Of a stretch of 64,000 nt of DNA, positions 38,432 through 48,138 are shown in pieces. Location of the stretch: NCBI GenBank assembly GCA_963838655.1, contig CAWIRW010000018.1, forward strand, positions 83,397 through 147,396, given 5' to 3'. Made by a program: the position numbers and the translations under genes. Source of the DNA: an uncultured Solirubrobacteraceae bacterium (lineage in GTDB: Bacteria; Actinomycetota; Thermoleophilia; Solirubrobacterales; Solirubrobacteraceae). The number at the start of each line of letters is the position of its first letter. Position 1 is the first letter of the stretch. The notes below the pieces were generated by a model that saw only the letters and a program-made list of their open reading frames with translations, searched no databases and was not told where the DNA came from.

Positions 38432-39138
38432 GAGCGTGGCGCAGGCTATCCAGGCGGTGCTCCTCGACGCGCTCGGGACGCTCGTGCACTTCGAGCCGCC
38501 GGCGCCGCTGCTGCGCGCGGCGCTGCGCGAGCGGCACGGGATCGAGGTGTCCGAGGCGGCGGCGGAGGCTGCCGTGCGACGCCGAGATCGCGTTCTACCG
38601 CGCGCACCTGCACGAGGGTCGCGACGCCGACTCGCTGGCCGACCTGCGCCGCCGCGCCGCCGAGGCCATGCGCCCGGCGCTCGGCGTCGGCGCGCCGACC
38701 GGCGTGCTGACGGACGCCCTGCTCGCCGCCCTGCGCTTCCACGCCTACCCGGACGCGGCGCCCGCACTGCGCGAGCTGCGCGCGCTCGGGCTGCGGATCG
38801 TCGTCGTCTCCAACTGGGACCACTCGCTGCACGAGCGACTCGAGGAGACCGGGCTGGCGCCGCTCGTCGACGGCGCGGTCGCGTCGGCCGAGGTCGGCGC
38901 GGCCAAGCCCGCGCGCGCGATCTTCGAGCGTGCGCTGGAGCTGGCCGGCGCGCCCGCGGACGCGGCGCTGCACGCCGGCGACTCGCCCGACGCCGACGCC
39001 GCCGGCGCGCTCGCCGCCGGGCTACGCGCCGTGCTCGTCGCCCGCGACGGCACGCCCTCCGTTCCGCCGGGCGTGCCGGTGATCGCGTCGCTGGCCGAGC
39101 TCCCGGACCTCTGCCAATACGCTGAAGGGGTCCGATGA
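38430..39138 (+). pseudogene. HAD-superfamily hydrolase (haloacid-dehalogenase-like), one apparent +1 insertion near 38578
   Basis: AVLLDALGTLVHF motif I...AAAEAAV continues in another frame as AEIAFYRAHLHEGRDADSLADLRRRAAEAMRP...VVVSNWD...AKP...HAGDSPDADAAGA. Confidence 0.75.
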
Positions 39139-40040
39139 CGAGCGTCCCGCCCTCCTTCCAGCACCCGGGGCCGCCGCCGGCGCGGCCCGAGCTGCCGGAC
39201 GGCGCTCCCGTCCCCGAGACGCCGCCCGAGGGCGAGCTGCCGATCGTCGGCGTCCCCGTCTGGGCGCCGTTCGCGGCCGTCCTGGGCGCGTTCGCGGGCG
39301 TGCTCGTGGCGGGGATCTTCGTCGGCATCGCGATCGGCATCGGCGGCGGCGGGACCGCCGACCTCGACGACTCCGACGGCCTGACGATCGGCCTCACGCT
39401 CGTCCAGGACGCGCTGCTGATCGCCGCGTCGATCCTCACCGTGTGGTGGATCGCCGGCCGGCTGACGCCCGCGACCTTCGGGCTGCGCGTGCCCACACTG
39501 CGGCCGGCGCTCGGCTGGACGCTGGCCGCCTACGCGGCGTTCTGGGTGGGGGCGATCGTCGTCGGGATCGCCTTCGGCAACCCCGAGGAGCAGGACATCG
39601 TCACCGACCTCAAGGCCGAGGACTCGTTCGCGGTGCTCGCCGGCTTCGGGGTCATGACGTGCGTCGTCGCGCCGATCGCCGAGGAGTTCTTCTTCCGCGG
39701 CTTCATGTACCGCGTGCTCGCCGAGCGCACCAACGTCGCGCTCGGCGCCGTGGTCACCGGCGCGGTGTTCGGGCTCGTCCATCTCCCCAGCGGCGATCTG
39801 GTCGGCGTGCTCGTGCTCGGCCTCTTCGGCGTCGCCCTCTGCTTCGTGCTCTGGAAGACGGCGTCCTTGATTCCGTGCATCATGTTGCACGCGTTCCATA
39901 ACTCGATCTCGTTCGGCTTCACGAAGGAGCTGCCCTGGTGGGGATTCCTGTTGCTCATCGCCGGGAGCGTCATGACGACGCTCGCCCTGTCGCTGGTTGC
40001 CATGCGCGCCGTGCCCTCGGCACAGCGCTCGCCGGCCTGA
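39135..40040 (+). CDS. CPBP family intramembrane glutamic endopeptidase (CAAX protease-like)
   Basis: EEFFFRG and HAFHNS motifs in a polytopic membrane protein. ATGA overlap with the upstream stop. Confidence 0.85.
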   Translation: MTSVPPSFQHPGPPPARPELPDGAPVPETPPEGELPIVGVPVWAPFAAVLGAFAGVLVAGIFVGIAIGIGGGGTADLDDSDGLTIGLTLVQDALLIAASILTVWWIAGRLTPATFGLRVPTLRPALGWTLAAYAAFWVGAIVVGIAFGNPEEQDIVTDLKAEDSFAVLAGFGVMTCVVAPIAEEFFFRGFMYRVLAERTNVALGAVVTGAVFGLVHLPSGDLVGVLVLGLFGVALCFVLWKTASLIPCIMLHAFHNSISFGFTKELPWWGFLLLIAGSVMTTLALSLVAMRAVPSAQRSPA

Positions 40041-40969
40041 CCGCGATCGCACTGCTCCCCGCGGCCGCCGCGGCGCAGACGCCACCACCGGCTCCCGTCG
40101 AGGGCACGATGAGGCTCCAGCTCGAGGACGTGCACCGCGACGGCAAGCGCCGCGTCGCGATCACGCGCGAGAAGTTCGGCGTGCGCGGCTTCGTGCGCCC
40201 GTACGTCGCCGGCCAGAAGGTCGAGGTCAGGTTCCTGCGCAAGGGCCGCGTGATCCACACCGTCACCAAGCGGCTGCGGCCGGTCAACGGCGGTCGCGCC
40301 GGCTCGTTCCTGACCGCGTACCGCGCGCGGCGGGCCGGCCCGATCGCGGTGCGCGCGATCCACGAGGCGACGCCGGAGCTGGCCGTCGTGCGCGCGCCGG
40401 CCCAGTGGCTGGCCGTTCTCGGGCCCGACCTCAGCTCCCGCACGATGGTGCGGCTGTTCCAGAAAGGGCTGGCGAAGCTGCACTACGCCGTGCCGCGCAG
40501 CGGCTCGTTCGACAGCGGCACGGCGCGCGCGGTGATGGCCTACCGCAAGGTCCGCAGCATGGCTCGCACGTACACGGCGACGCGCGAGATCGTGCGCGAC
40601 GTGCTGCGCGGCCGCGGCGAGTTCGACGTGCGCTACCCGAAGGACGGGCGCCACGTCGAGGCCGACCTCTCGCGCCAGGTGCTGGCGCTGATCGAGGGCG
40701 ACAAGGTGCGCCGGATCTACCACATCTCCTCCGGCTCGCCGTACACGCCGACGGTGCTCGGGCGCTTCCGCGTGTACCGCAAGTCGCCCGGGACGAACGC
40801 CAGCGGCATGGTCCACTCGACGTACTTCATCGGCGGCTACGCGATCCACGGCTACCACTCGGTGCCGACGTACAACGCGAGCCACGGCTGCCTGCGGGTG
40901 CCGATCCCCGACGCGTGGTCGATCTACCAGTGGATCGGCATGGGCGACGTCGTGCGGGTGTACCCGTAG
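39938..40969 (+). CDS. L,D-transpeptidase with peptidoglycan-binding domain
   Basis: YkuD motif HSVPTYNASHGCLRV, a PG-binding repeat LFQKGLAKLHYAVPRSGSFDSGTARAVMAYRK, and a signal-like ARRALGTALAGLTAIALLPAAAAAQ. The start is uncertain (GTG 39938 overlaps the CPBP gene by 103 nt). Confidence 0.8.
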   Translation: MGIPVAHRRERHDDARPVAGCHARRALGTALAGLTAIALLPAAAAAQTPPPAPVEGTMRLQLEDVHRDGKRRVAITREKFGVRGFVRPYVAGQKVEVRFLRKGRVIHTVTKRLRPVNGGRAGSFLTAYRARRAGPIAVRAIHEATPELAVVRAPAQWLAVLGPDLSSRTMVRLFQKGLAKLHYAVPRSGSFDSGTARAVMAYRKVRSMARTYTATREIVRDVLRGRGEFDVRYPKDGRHVEADLSRQVLALIEGDKVRRIYHISSGSPYTPTVLGRFRVYRKSPGTNASGMVHSTYFIGGYAIHGYHSVPTYNASHGCLRVPIPDAWSIYQWIGMGDVVRVYP

Positions 40970-40973
40970 GCGT

Positions 40974-41525
40974 GTGCTCGCGCGGGAGACGCTGATCGAG
41001 GAGCTGCGCCGCCACGCGCTCGTCGTCGGGGAGGTGACCCTGACGTCGGGCGCGACGGCGCAGTACTACGTCGACGCCAAGCGGGCCGTCCTGCGGCCCG
41101 CCGGCTTCCGCGCGCTGGGCGAGCTGGTGGCGGCCTACGCGGCGCAGTGGGACGCCACCGCCGTCGGCGGCCTGACGATGGGCGCCGACGCCCCCGCCTG
41201 CGCCGCGCTCGCCGGCGGCGCCGACGTCAAGGCCTTCTTCGTGCGCAAGGAGACCAAGCAGCACGGCCTCCAGCGCAAGGTCGAGGGCCCGCCGCTCGAG
41301 CCGGGCGAGCGCTGCCTGATCGTCGAGGACGTCGTGACCACGGGAGGCTCGACCGTCGAGGCGATCGAGGCGGTCCGCGCCGCCGGCCACGAGGTCTGCG
41401 GAGTCGTCACGATCCTCGACCGCCTCGCGGGCGGCGCCGAGGCGATCATCCGAGCGGCCGACGGAGCGCCCTACGAGCCGCTGGCGACGATCGACGACGT
41501 CTACCCCGACAGACCGGATCGCTGA
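40974..41525 (+). CDS. pyrE: orotate phosphoribosyltransferase
   Basis: PRPP-binding motif CLIVEDVVTTGGS, plus SGATAQYYVDAK. Confidence 0.9.
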   Translation: MLARETLIEELRRHALVVGEVTLTSGATAQYYVDAKRAVLRPAGFRALGELVAAYAAQWDATAVGGLTMGADAPACAALAGGADVKAFFVRKETKQHGLQRKVEGPPLEPGERCLIVEDVVTTGGSTVEAIEAVRAAGHEVCGVVTILDRLAGGAEAIIRAADGAPYEPLATIDDVYPDRPDR

Positions 41526-41527
41526 AG

Positions 41528-41601
<74 letters not shown>

Positions 41602-41849
41602 TTAACCGCAGCGTAATCGTTCGAACCGGCCGCGGGCTATCCTCAGCGCCAGAAGCCGCGGCTCGCCGTGGCAGGGAACACAGACGTGACCTGCGTACCC
41701 CGAAGTGCGCAGGTACAGGATCCAGCGCTCAGGGGAGCGGGTAGGTTTACCGACCTTAACGGGGAATACGTGCCAGGCGTGCGTGGGTGCGCGCGCTCTG
41801 AAGAGGGGCGAAAACTGACCATCGCAGCATCAAGCCGAGAGGCGAGCGG

Positions 41850-42846
41850 GTGAGCACGGGCGCAGGCGCCAGCGACCTCCTGCACGCGGAGGACAGCGGC
41901 CTCGATCGAGATCGTCGCGGGCGAGCAGGCGGTTGCCGCGCGCTCGCCGCTCCAGCTGTTCTGGCGGCGCTTCCGTCGCGACCGCGTCGCGATGACCGCG
42001 CTCGTGATGATCGTTCTGCTGATCCTCGTGGCGATCTTCGCCGGCCCGATCTCGCGGCTGCTCGGCGCTCCCGACCCGAACGCGCAGTCGACCGACGCGC
42101 TCGACGACTTCGGCCTTCCGTCCGGCCCCAGCAGCGACCATCTGTTCGGCGTCGACACGATCGGCCGCGACGTCTTCGCCCGCGTCCTCTACGGCGCCCA
42201 GGTGTCGCTCACCGTCGCGTTCATCGGCACCGGCCTGTCGGTCATCTTCGGCGTCATCCTCGGGCTGATCTCCGGCTTCTACCGGGGCTGGTCGGACACG
42301 ATCATCGCGCGCTCGCTCGACATCATGCTCGCGTTCCCGGTGCTCCTGCTCGGCCTCGGCCTCGCCACCGCGTGCTCGGGCGCCGACGGCTGCGCGGGCG
42401 GGCTGCTCCAGCCCGGCTTGCCGATCGTGATCTTCATCATCGTGCTGGCGAACACGCCCTACGTCGCGCGCATCATCCGCGGCCAGGTGCTGTCGCTGCG
42501 CGAGAAGGAGTTCGTCGAGGCATCGCGCTCGCTCGGCGCCTCCAACGGGCGGATCATGTTCCGCGACATCCTCCCGAACCTCGTGGCGCCGATCATCGTC
42601 TACGCCACGCTGTTCATCCCGGCGAACATCCTCCTGGAGGCGGCGCTCTCCTTCCTCGGGGTCGGCGTCCAGCCGCCCCGCGCCTCCTGGGGCAAGATGC
42701 TCTCCGACGCCATCGCGATCTTCAACGACGCGTGGTGGTTCATGTTCTTCCCGGGCATGGCGCTCCTGCTCACGGTCCTCGCCTTCAACCTCGTCGGCGA
42801 CGGCCTGCAGGACGCCCTCAACCCCAAGGGCACGAAGTCCCGATGA
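41850..42846 (+). pseudogene. peptide/nickel ABC transporter permease (DppC/OppC type), one apparent +1 insertion near 41898-41901
   Basis: The conserved N-terminal SPLQLFWRRFRRDRVAMTALV lies upstream of the listed ATG 41992 with no in-frame start. GTG 41850 is in the adjacent frame. The rest of the permease is intact. Confidence 0.8.
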
Positions 42847-42887
42847 CCTCTGCTCCTCCCAATCCGAACGAAACGAAAGGACGCTCT

Positions 42888-44666
42888 ATGCGACGGTCCG
42901 TTCAATGGACTCTCATCGTCGGCGTCCTGCTCGCGCTGACCCTCGGGGTCGCCGCCTGCGGCGGCGACGACGATTCCGGCGAGCAGGGCACGACTACAGG
43001 CACGCCGGCCGAAGGCAAGAAGGGCGGCAAGCTCACCGCGCTGTGGGCGGGCGACACCGACAGCATCGACCCCGGCGTCACGTACTACCAGATGGGCACC
43101 CAGATCATCCGGTCGACCCAGAAGACGCTGTACGCGCCGAAGATCGACGACGCTGCCGTCACCGAGCCCGACCTCGCCGAGAGCGATCCGCAGATCGCCG
43201 AGGACGGCTGCACCGTGACCGTCAAGATCAAGGAGGGCGTGAAGTTCTCCCCGCCCGTCGATCGCGCCGTCACGACGGCTGACGTCAAGTACGCGATCGA
43301 GCGCGGCTTCTTCAACAACGTCAACAACGGCTACGCCGGCCCGTACTTCGGCCCGGTCGACGGCGCCGAAGGTCGCGGTGAAGCCCGGTACGAAGATCCC
43401 CGGCATCGAGACGCCGGACGACACCACGATCGTCTTCAACCTCGCGAAGGCCGACGGCGCGGACAAGTGCGCGGGCGGCATCCTCGCCCAGGCGCTCGTC
43501 ATGCCGCTGACGGCCCCGGTGCCGGAGGAGTACGCCAAGAAGTTCGACGCCGGCAAGACCAGCACGTACGGCGAGAACCAGGTGACGACCGGTCCCTACA
43601 TGATCGAGAACGACGCCCAGGGCAAGGCGATCGGCTACGAGGCCGGCCGCCGGATCCACCTGGTGCGCAACCCGAACTGGGACGAGAGCCTCGACAACCG
43701 CCCGGCGTACGTCGACGAGATCGACGTCCAGCAGGGCAACGACGACGCGACCGTGATGTCGCGCAAGATCCTCGACGGCCAGAGCATGATCAACGGCGAT
43801 CAGCCGCCGCCGCCGGCGATCCTCAAGCAGGCGCTGACGCAGCAGAAGGACCAGATCGCGCTGACCGCCGGGCGGCAGCGGCCGCTGGATCTCGCTGAAC
43901 ACGACGGTCAAGCCGTTCGACAACCTCGACGTCCGCAAGGCCGTGTCGGCGGGCATGGACCGTGACGCGCTGCGCCTGACGCGCGGCGGCGAGGCGATCG
44001 GCGACATCGCGACGCACTACCTCCCGCCGGGCCTGGCGGGCCACGAGGAGGCCGGCGGGCTCGAGGGCTTCGGCCTCGACTTCATGGCCAACCCGAAGGG
44101 CGACAAGGCGCTGATGGCCGAGTACTTCAAGAAGGCGGGCTACGCCTCCGGCAAGTACGAGGGCAGCGAGAAGCTCCTGATGGTCTCCGACAACGAGGGC
44201 GTCGGCGCGAACACCGCCGAGGTCGCCGCCGAGCAGCTCCGCGGCATGGGCTTCGACGTCGAGCTGCGCCAGGTGACGCACGACGCGATGTACAACAAGT
44301 TCTGCAACCGGCCCCCGGCGAACGTCGCGATCTGCCCGAACGTGGGCTGGATCAAGGACTTCGCGGACCCGCAGACCTATCTCGACCCGACGTTCAACGG
44401 CGAGAACATCATCCAGACGAACAACGTCAACTGGCCTGAGCTCGACGTTCCGGAGCTCAACAAGGCGATGAACGACGCCAAGCTGCTCGTCGAGCCGCAG
44501 GAGCGGGCCGATGCGTGGGCCGAGATCGACCGCATGGTCAGCGAGCAGGCGCCGACCATCAACTGGATCTGGGACAAGGACGTCAGCCATCCAGTCCTCC
44601 AACGTCCAGGGCGTCGTCGACGAGTCGAACGGCATCTGGGACTGGGCGCACACCTCGCTCAAGTAG
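42888..44666 (+). pseudogene. family 5 extracellular solute-binding lipoprotein (peptide/nickel), three apparent +1 insertions
   Basis: Lipobox LTLGVAAC. The conserved sequence crosses four frames: ...NNGYAGPYFGPVDGA, then VAVKPGTKIPGIETPDDTTIVFNL...KDQIALTAG, then GSGRWISLNTTVKPFDNLDVRKAVSAGMDRDAL...INWIWDKDVS, then IQSSNVQGVVDESNGIWDWAHTSLK-stop. Confidence 0.85.
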
Positions 44667-44742
44667 GACTGATCGGGACCCCCGCCCACCCCGCTGACTG
44701 GCGGGGCGGGCGGGACCCATCCTCCATCACAGAGAACCTGCC

Positions 44743-45711
44743 ATGGCCGCCTACATCGTCCGCCGCCTCGCCTGGGTGATCGTGCTGCTGTTCGTGATCA
44801 CCCTGATCACGTTCATCATCTTCACGGTCCTGCCCGCCGCCGACCCGGCGGCGCTGCGCGCCGGCCGCCAGCCGTCGCCTGAGCTGATCGAGTCGATCCG
44901 CCAGCAGTTCGGGCTCGACGACCCCAAGCCCGTGCAGTTCGTGCGCTACATCGGCGACATCTGGCCGTTCGACAGCGACGGCGCGAACTTCGGCTACTCG
45001 TTCCAGTCGAACGCCGCCGTGCTGCCGCAGATCCTCGACCGGCTGCCGGCCACCATCTTCCTGACCGCGGGCGCGGTCGTGCTGTGGCTGTGCATCGCGA
45101 TCCCGATCGGCACGATCTCCGCCGTCCGCACCGGGTCGTGGATGGACCGCCTGACGATGGGCCTGGCGCTGATCGCGATCTCGGCGCCGGTCTACTTCCT
45201 CGGGCTCGTCGCGCTGTTCCTGTTCGACGAGGACATCGGCCGCTTCCCGCTGCTGCCCGGCAGCGGCGCCTACCAGGACGCCGAGGGCTTCTTCGGCAAG
45301 GCGGGCGCGCTGATCATGCCGTGGTGCGTGCTGGCGGCGGCGTTCGCCGCGATCTACGCGCGCTTCCTGCGCGGCAACCTGATCGACACGATGCAGGAGG
45401 ACTACATCCGCACGGCGCGGGCCAAGGGCCTGTCGGAGCGGCGGGTGATCTTCCGCCACGGCGTGCGCTCGGCGATCACGCCGATCGTCACCCTGCTCGG
45501 GCTCGACATCGGGATCCTGCTGGGCGGCGCGATCCTCACCGAGACCGTCTTCAACATCCAGGGAATCGGGCGCTTCGCCTACGACGCGATCGTGCGCTTC
45601 GACCTGCCCGTGATCCAGGGGACGGTGCTGTTCGGTGCCTTCTTCATCGTCATGATGAGCTTGATCGTGGACATCCTGTACGCCTTCATCGACCCGCGGG
45701 TCCGGTACTGA
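44743..45711 (+). CDS. peptide/nickel ABC transporter permease (DppB/OppB type)
   Basis: MAAYIVRRLAWVIVLLFVITLITFIIF N-terminus and an EAA-like loop EDYIRTARAKGLSERRVIFRHGVRSA. Confidence 0.9.
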   Translation: MAAYIVRRLAWVIVLLFVITLITFIIFTVLPAADPAALRAGRQPSPELIESIRQQFGLDDPKPVQFVRYIGDIWPFDSDGANFGYSFQSNAAVLPQILDRLPATIFLTAGAVVLWLCIAIPIGTISAVRTGSWMDRLTMGLALIAISAPVYFLGLVALFLFDEDIGRFPLLPGSGAYQDAEGFFGKAGALIMPWCVLAAAFAAIYARFLRGNLIDTMQEDYIRTARAKGLSERRVIFRHGVRSAITPIVTLLGLDIGILLGGAILTETVFNIQGIGRFAYDAIVRFDLPVIQGTVLFGAFFIVMMSLIVDILYAFIDPRVRY

Positions 45712-46772
45712 TGGCCGCTCCGCTGCTGGAGGTCGAGGACCTCCGGGTGCACTTCGAGACCGAGGACGGGCTGGTGAAGGCCGTCGACGGGATCTCCTAC
45801 ACGGTCGACCGCGGCGAGACGCTCGGGATCGTCGGCGAGTCGGGGTCCGGGAAGTCGGTCTCCTCGCTCACGGTCATGGGCCTCACCCGCGCGCGCAACG
45901 CGAGGATCTCGGGCACCGTGCGCTTCGACGGGCGCGACCTGCTCGGCGCCTCCGACGAGGACCTGCGGAGCATCCGCGGCGACGAGATCGCGATGATCTT
46001 CCAGGACCCGCTGTCGTCGCTGCACCCGTTCTACAAGGTCGGCGACCAGATCGTGGAGGCGATCCACGCGCACAAGGACGTCTCCAAGGCGCAGGCCTTC
46101 GACCGCGCGGTCGAGATGCTCGGCCTGGTCGGCATTCCGGAGCCGCGGCGGCGCGCGGACTCCTACCCGCACGAGTTCTCCGGCGGCATGCGCCAGCGCG
46201 CGATGATCGCCATGGCGCTCGCCAACGACCCGAAGCTGCTGATCGCCGACGAGCCGACCACGGCGCTCGACGTCACCGTGCAGGCCCAGATCCTCGAGCT
46301 GATCGAGCGGCTGCAGAGCGAGTTCGACACCGCCGTCGTCGTCATCACGCACGACCTCGGCGTGGTCGCCGAGGTCGCCGACAAGATCTCCGTCATGTAC
46401 GCGGGGCGGATCGTCGAGAAGGGCAACGTCGACACGATCTTCAACGCGCCCGAGCACCCGTACACGTGGGGGCTGCTGAGCTCGATCCCGCGCATGGACG
46501 CCCCGCGCGGGGAGGAGCTCGTGCCGATCCCCGGCCGCCCGCCGTCGCTCATCCACCTGCCCGGCGGCTGCTCGTTCCATCCGCGCTGCCCGTACGTGCG
46601 CGACGCCCACCGGCGGGTCGAGCCGCCGCTCGAGCCGGTCGAGGGCGATCCGGCGCATGAGGTCGCGTGCCTGCTCACGTCGTCCACCCGGCGCAAGCTG
46701 TGGGCCGAGCTCGAGGCCGGCGTCAAGCCCGACGAGGCGCGCCGCGACGTGATCGAGGAGGGCGCGGCATGA
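45711..46772 (+). CDS. peptide/nickel ABC transporter ATP-binding protein (DppD/OppD type)
   Basis: [16 protein letters not shown] and [11 protein letters not shown] motifs, plus a C-terminal oligopeptide-type extension with a Cys cluster. TGATG overlap with the permease gene. Confidence 0.9.
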   Translation: MAAPLLEVEDLRVHFETEDGLVKAVDGISYTVDRGETLGIVGESGSGKSVSSLTVMGLTRARNARISGTVRFDGRDLLGASDEDLRSIRGDEIAMIFQDPLSSLHPFYKVGDQIVEAIHAHKDVSKAQAFDRAVEMLGLVGIPEPRRRADSYPHEFSGGMRQRAMIAMALANDPKLLIADEPTTALDVTVQAQILELIERLQSEFDTAVVVITHDLGVVAEVADKISVMYAGRIVEKGNVDTIFNAPEHPYTWGLLSSIPRMDAPRGEELVPIPGRPPSLIHLPGGCSFHPRCPYVRDAHRRVEPPLEPVEGDPAHEVACLLTSSTRRKLWAELEAGVKPDEARRDVIEEGAA

Positions 46773-47797
46773 CCACGGGCGAGCCGCTGCTGGAGATCCG
46801 CGACCTGGTCAAGCACTTCCCGATCCGCCAGGGGTTGCTCCAGCGCCAGGTCGGCGCGGTGCGTGCCGTCGACGGCGTGTCGCTCGACGTGCTGCGCGGC
46901 GAGACGCTGGGGATCGTCGGCGAGTCGGGCTGCGGCAAGTCGACCACCGCGCGGCTGCTCCTGCGCCTGATGGACCCGACGAGCGGCTCGGTCAAGCTCG
47001 ACGGCGAGGAGATCGCCACCGTCAAGGGGCCGCGGCTGAAGGAGCTGCGCCGCGGCATGCAGATGATCTTCCAGGACCCGTACTCGTCGCTGAACCCGCG
47101 CAAGACGGTCGGCACGATCATCTCCGAGCCGTTCGCCATCCACGGGCTGGCCACCGGCGAGGGTGAGCGCAAGCGCACGGTGCAGGACCTGATGGACCGC
47201 GTGGGGCTGAACCCCGAGCACTACAACCGCTACCCGCACGAGTTCTCGGGCGGCCAGCGGCAGCGCATCGGCGTCGCGCGTGCCCTCGCCTTGAAGCCGA
47301 AGGTGATCGTGGCCGACGAGCCGGTGTCCGCGCTCGACGTCTCGATCCAGGCGCAGATCCTCAACCTGCTGCGCGAGCTCCAGCGCGAGATGGGGATCAC
47401 GCTCATCTTCATCGCGCACGACCTGTCGGTGGTCCGCCACATGTGCGATCGGATCGCGGTCATGTACCTCGGCAAGGTCGTCGAGCTGGCCACCAACGAG
47501 CAGCTCTACGCCCACCCGCGGATGCCGTACACGGGCGCGCTGATGTCGGCCGTCCCCGTGCCGCAGCCGCGCCTGGCGGCGGCCAAGAAGCGCCAGATCC
47601 TCGCCGGCGACGTCCCCTCGCCCGCGAACCCGCCGCCGGCCTGCCGCTTCCACACGCGGTGCTGGAAGGCGGAGGAGATCTGCCGCCACGAGGACCCGCC
47701 GCTCGAGGCCAAGGAGGGCGGCAACATCGCCGCCTGCCATTTCCCGCTGACGGACGCGGAAGTGCTCGAGCGCGTGCCTACCGCGAAGACCGCTTAG
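46769..47797 (+). CDS. peptide/nickel ABC transporter ATP-binding protein (DppF/OppF type)
   Basis: [17 protein letters not shown] and [11 protein letters not shown] motifs, C-terminal [12 protein letters not shown] overlap with the preceding gene. Confidence 0.9.
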   Translation: MTTGEPLLEIRDLVKHFPIRQGLLQRQVGAVRAVDGVSLDVLRGETLGIVGESGCGKSTTARLLLRLMDPTSGSVKLDGEEIATVKGPRLKELRRGMQMIFQDPYSSLNPRKTVGTIISEPFAIHGLATGEGERKRTVQDLMDRVGLNPEHYNRYPHEFSGGQRQRIGVARALALKPKVIVADEPVSALDVSIQAQILNLLRELQREMGITLIFIAHDLSVVRHMCDRIAVMYLGKVVELATNEQLYAHPRMPYTGALMSAVPVPQPRLAAAKKRQILAGDVPSPANPPPACRFHTRCWKAEEICRHEDPPLEAKEGGNIAACHFPLTDAEVLERVPTAKTA

Positions 47798-47810
47798 CCG
47801 TTCGTTCCTC

Positions 47811-48128
47811 GGCGAACGTCAACGTCAACGCAACGCGCTGGGTAGGGGAGGGTGAGGGTGCCGGCCGGTGTGCGGAAACCGGACAACCCGTCGCGCGGGC
47901 GGGCGGTTGGCCGGTTGCACCGCCCGCGTCCAGGAAACGGACACGCCAGGATCTCGCGGGCGCGATTGCCGGTTGGTGTACACAAGTGGCCAACCGGGCC
48001 CGTCGAACGGGCCTCGTGTCCACTTGTGCACCACTATCGCGCCTAAGTGGCCAACCACCGCGCGATCGGGGGACCATTGTCCCCTTTCGCACCCCCACTC
48101 TCCCTACCCAGCGCAGTTGACATTCGTC
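47811..48128. repeat. 318-bp intergenic element, copy B of the terminal-inverted-repeat family (inverted relative to copy A)
   Basis: Arms are 47811-47850 and 48098-48128. The reverse complement of the right arm, GACGAATGTCAACTGCGCTGGGTAGGGAGAG, matches copy A's left arm with 1 substitution and 1 gap. The element lies between convergent stops at 47797 and 48139. Confidence 0.75.
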
Positions 48129-48138
48129 GGGGCCAGCA

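Noticed and set aside
41602-41849. Assignment of the ABC-operon leader to a known riboswitch class (cobalamin, NiCo, glycine, c-di-AMP, ZTP, Mn)
   Set aside because: Isolated AGGGAA/ACGGGGAA-like strings are present. The defining cores are not, such as the B12 box GCCACTG or the paired GGGGA...CCCGAACCC context of ydaO. It is left as unassigned.
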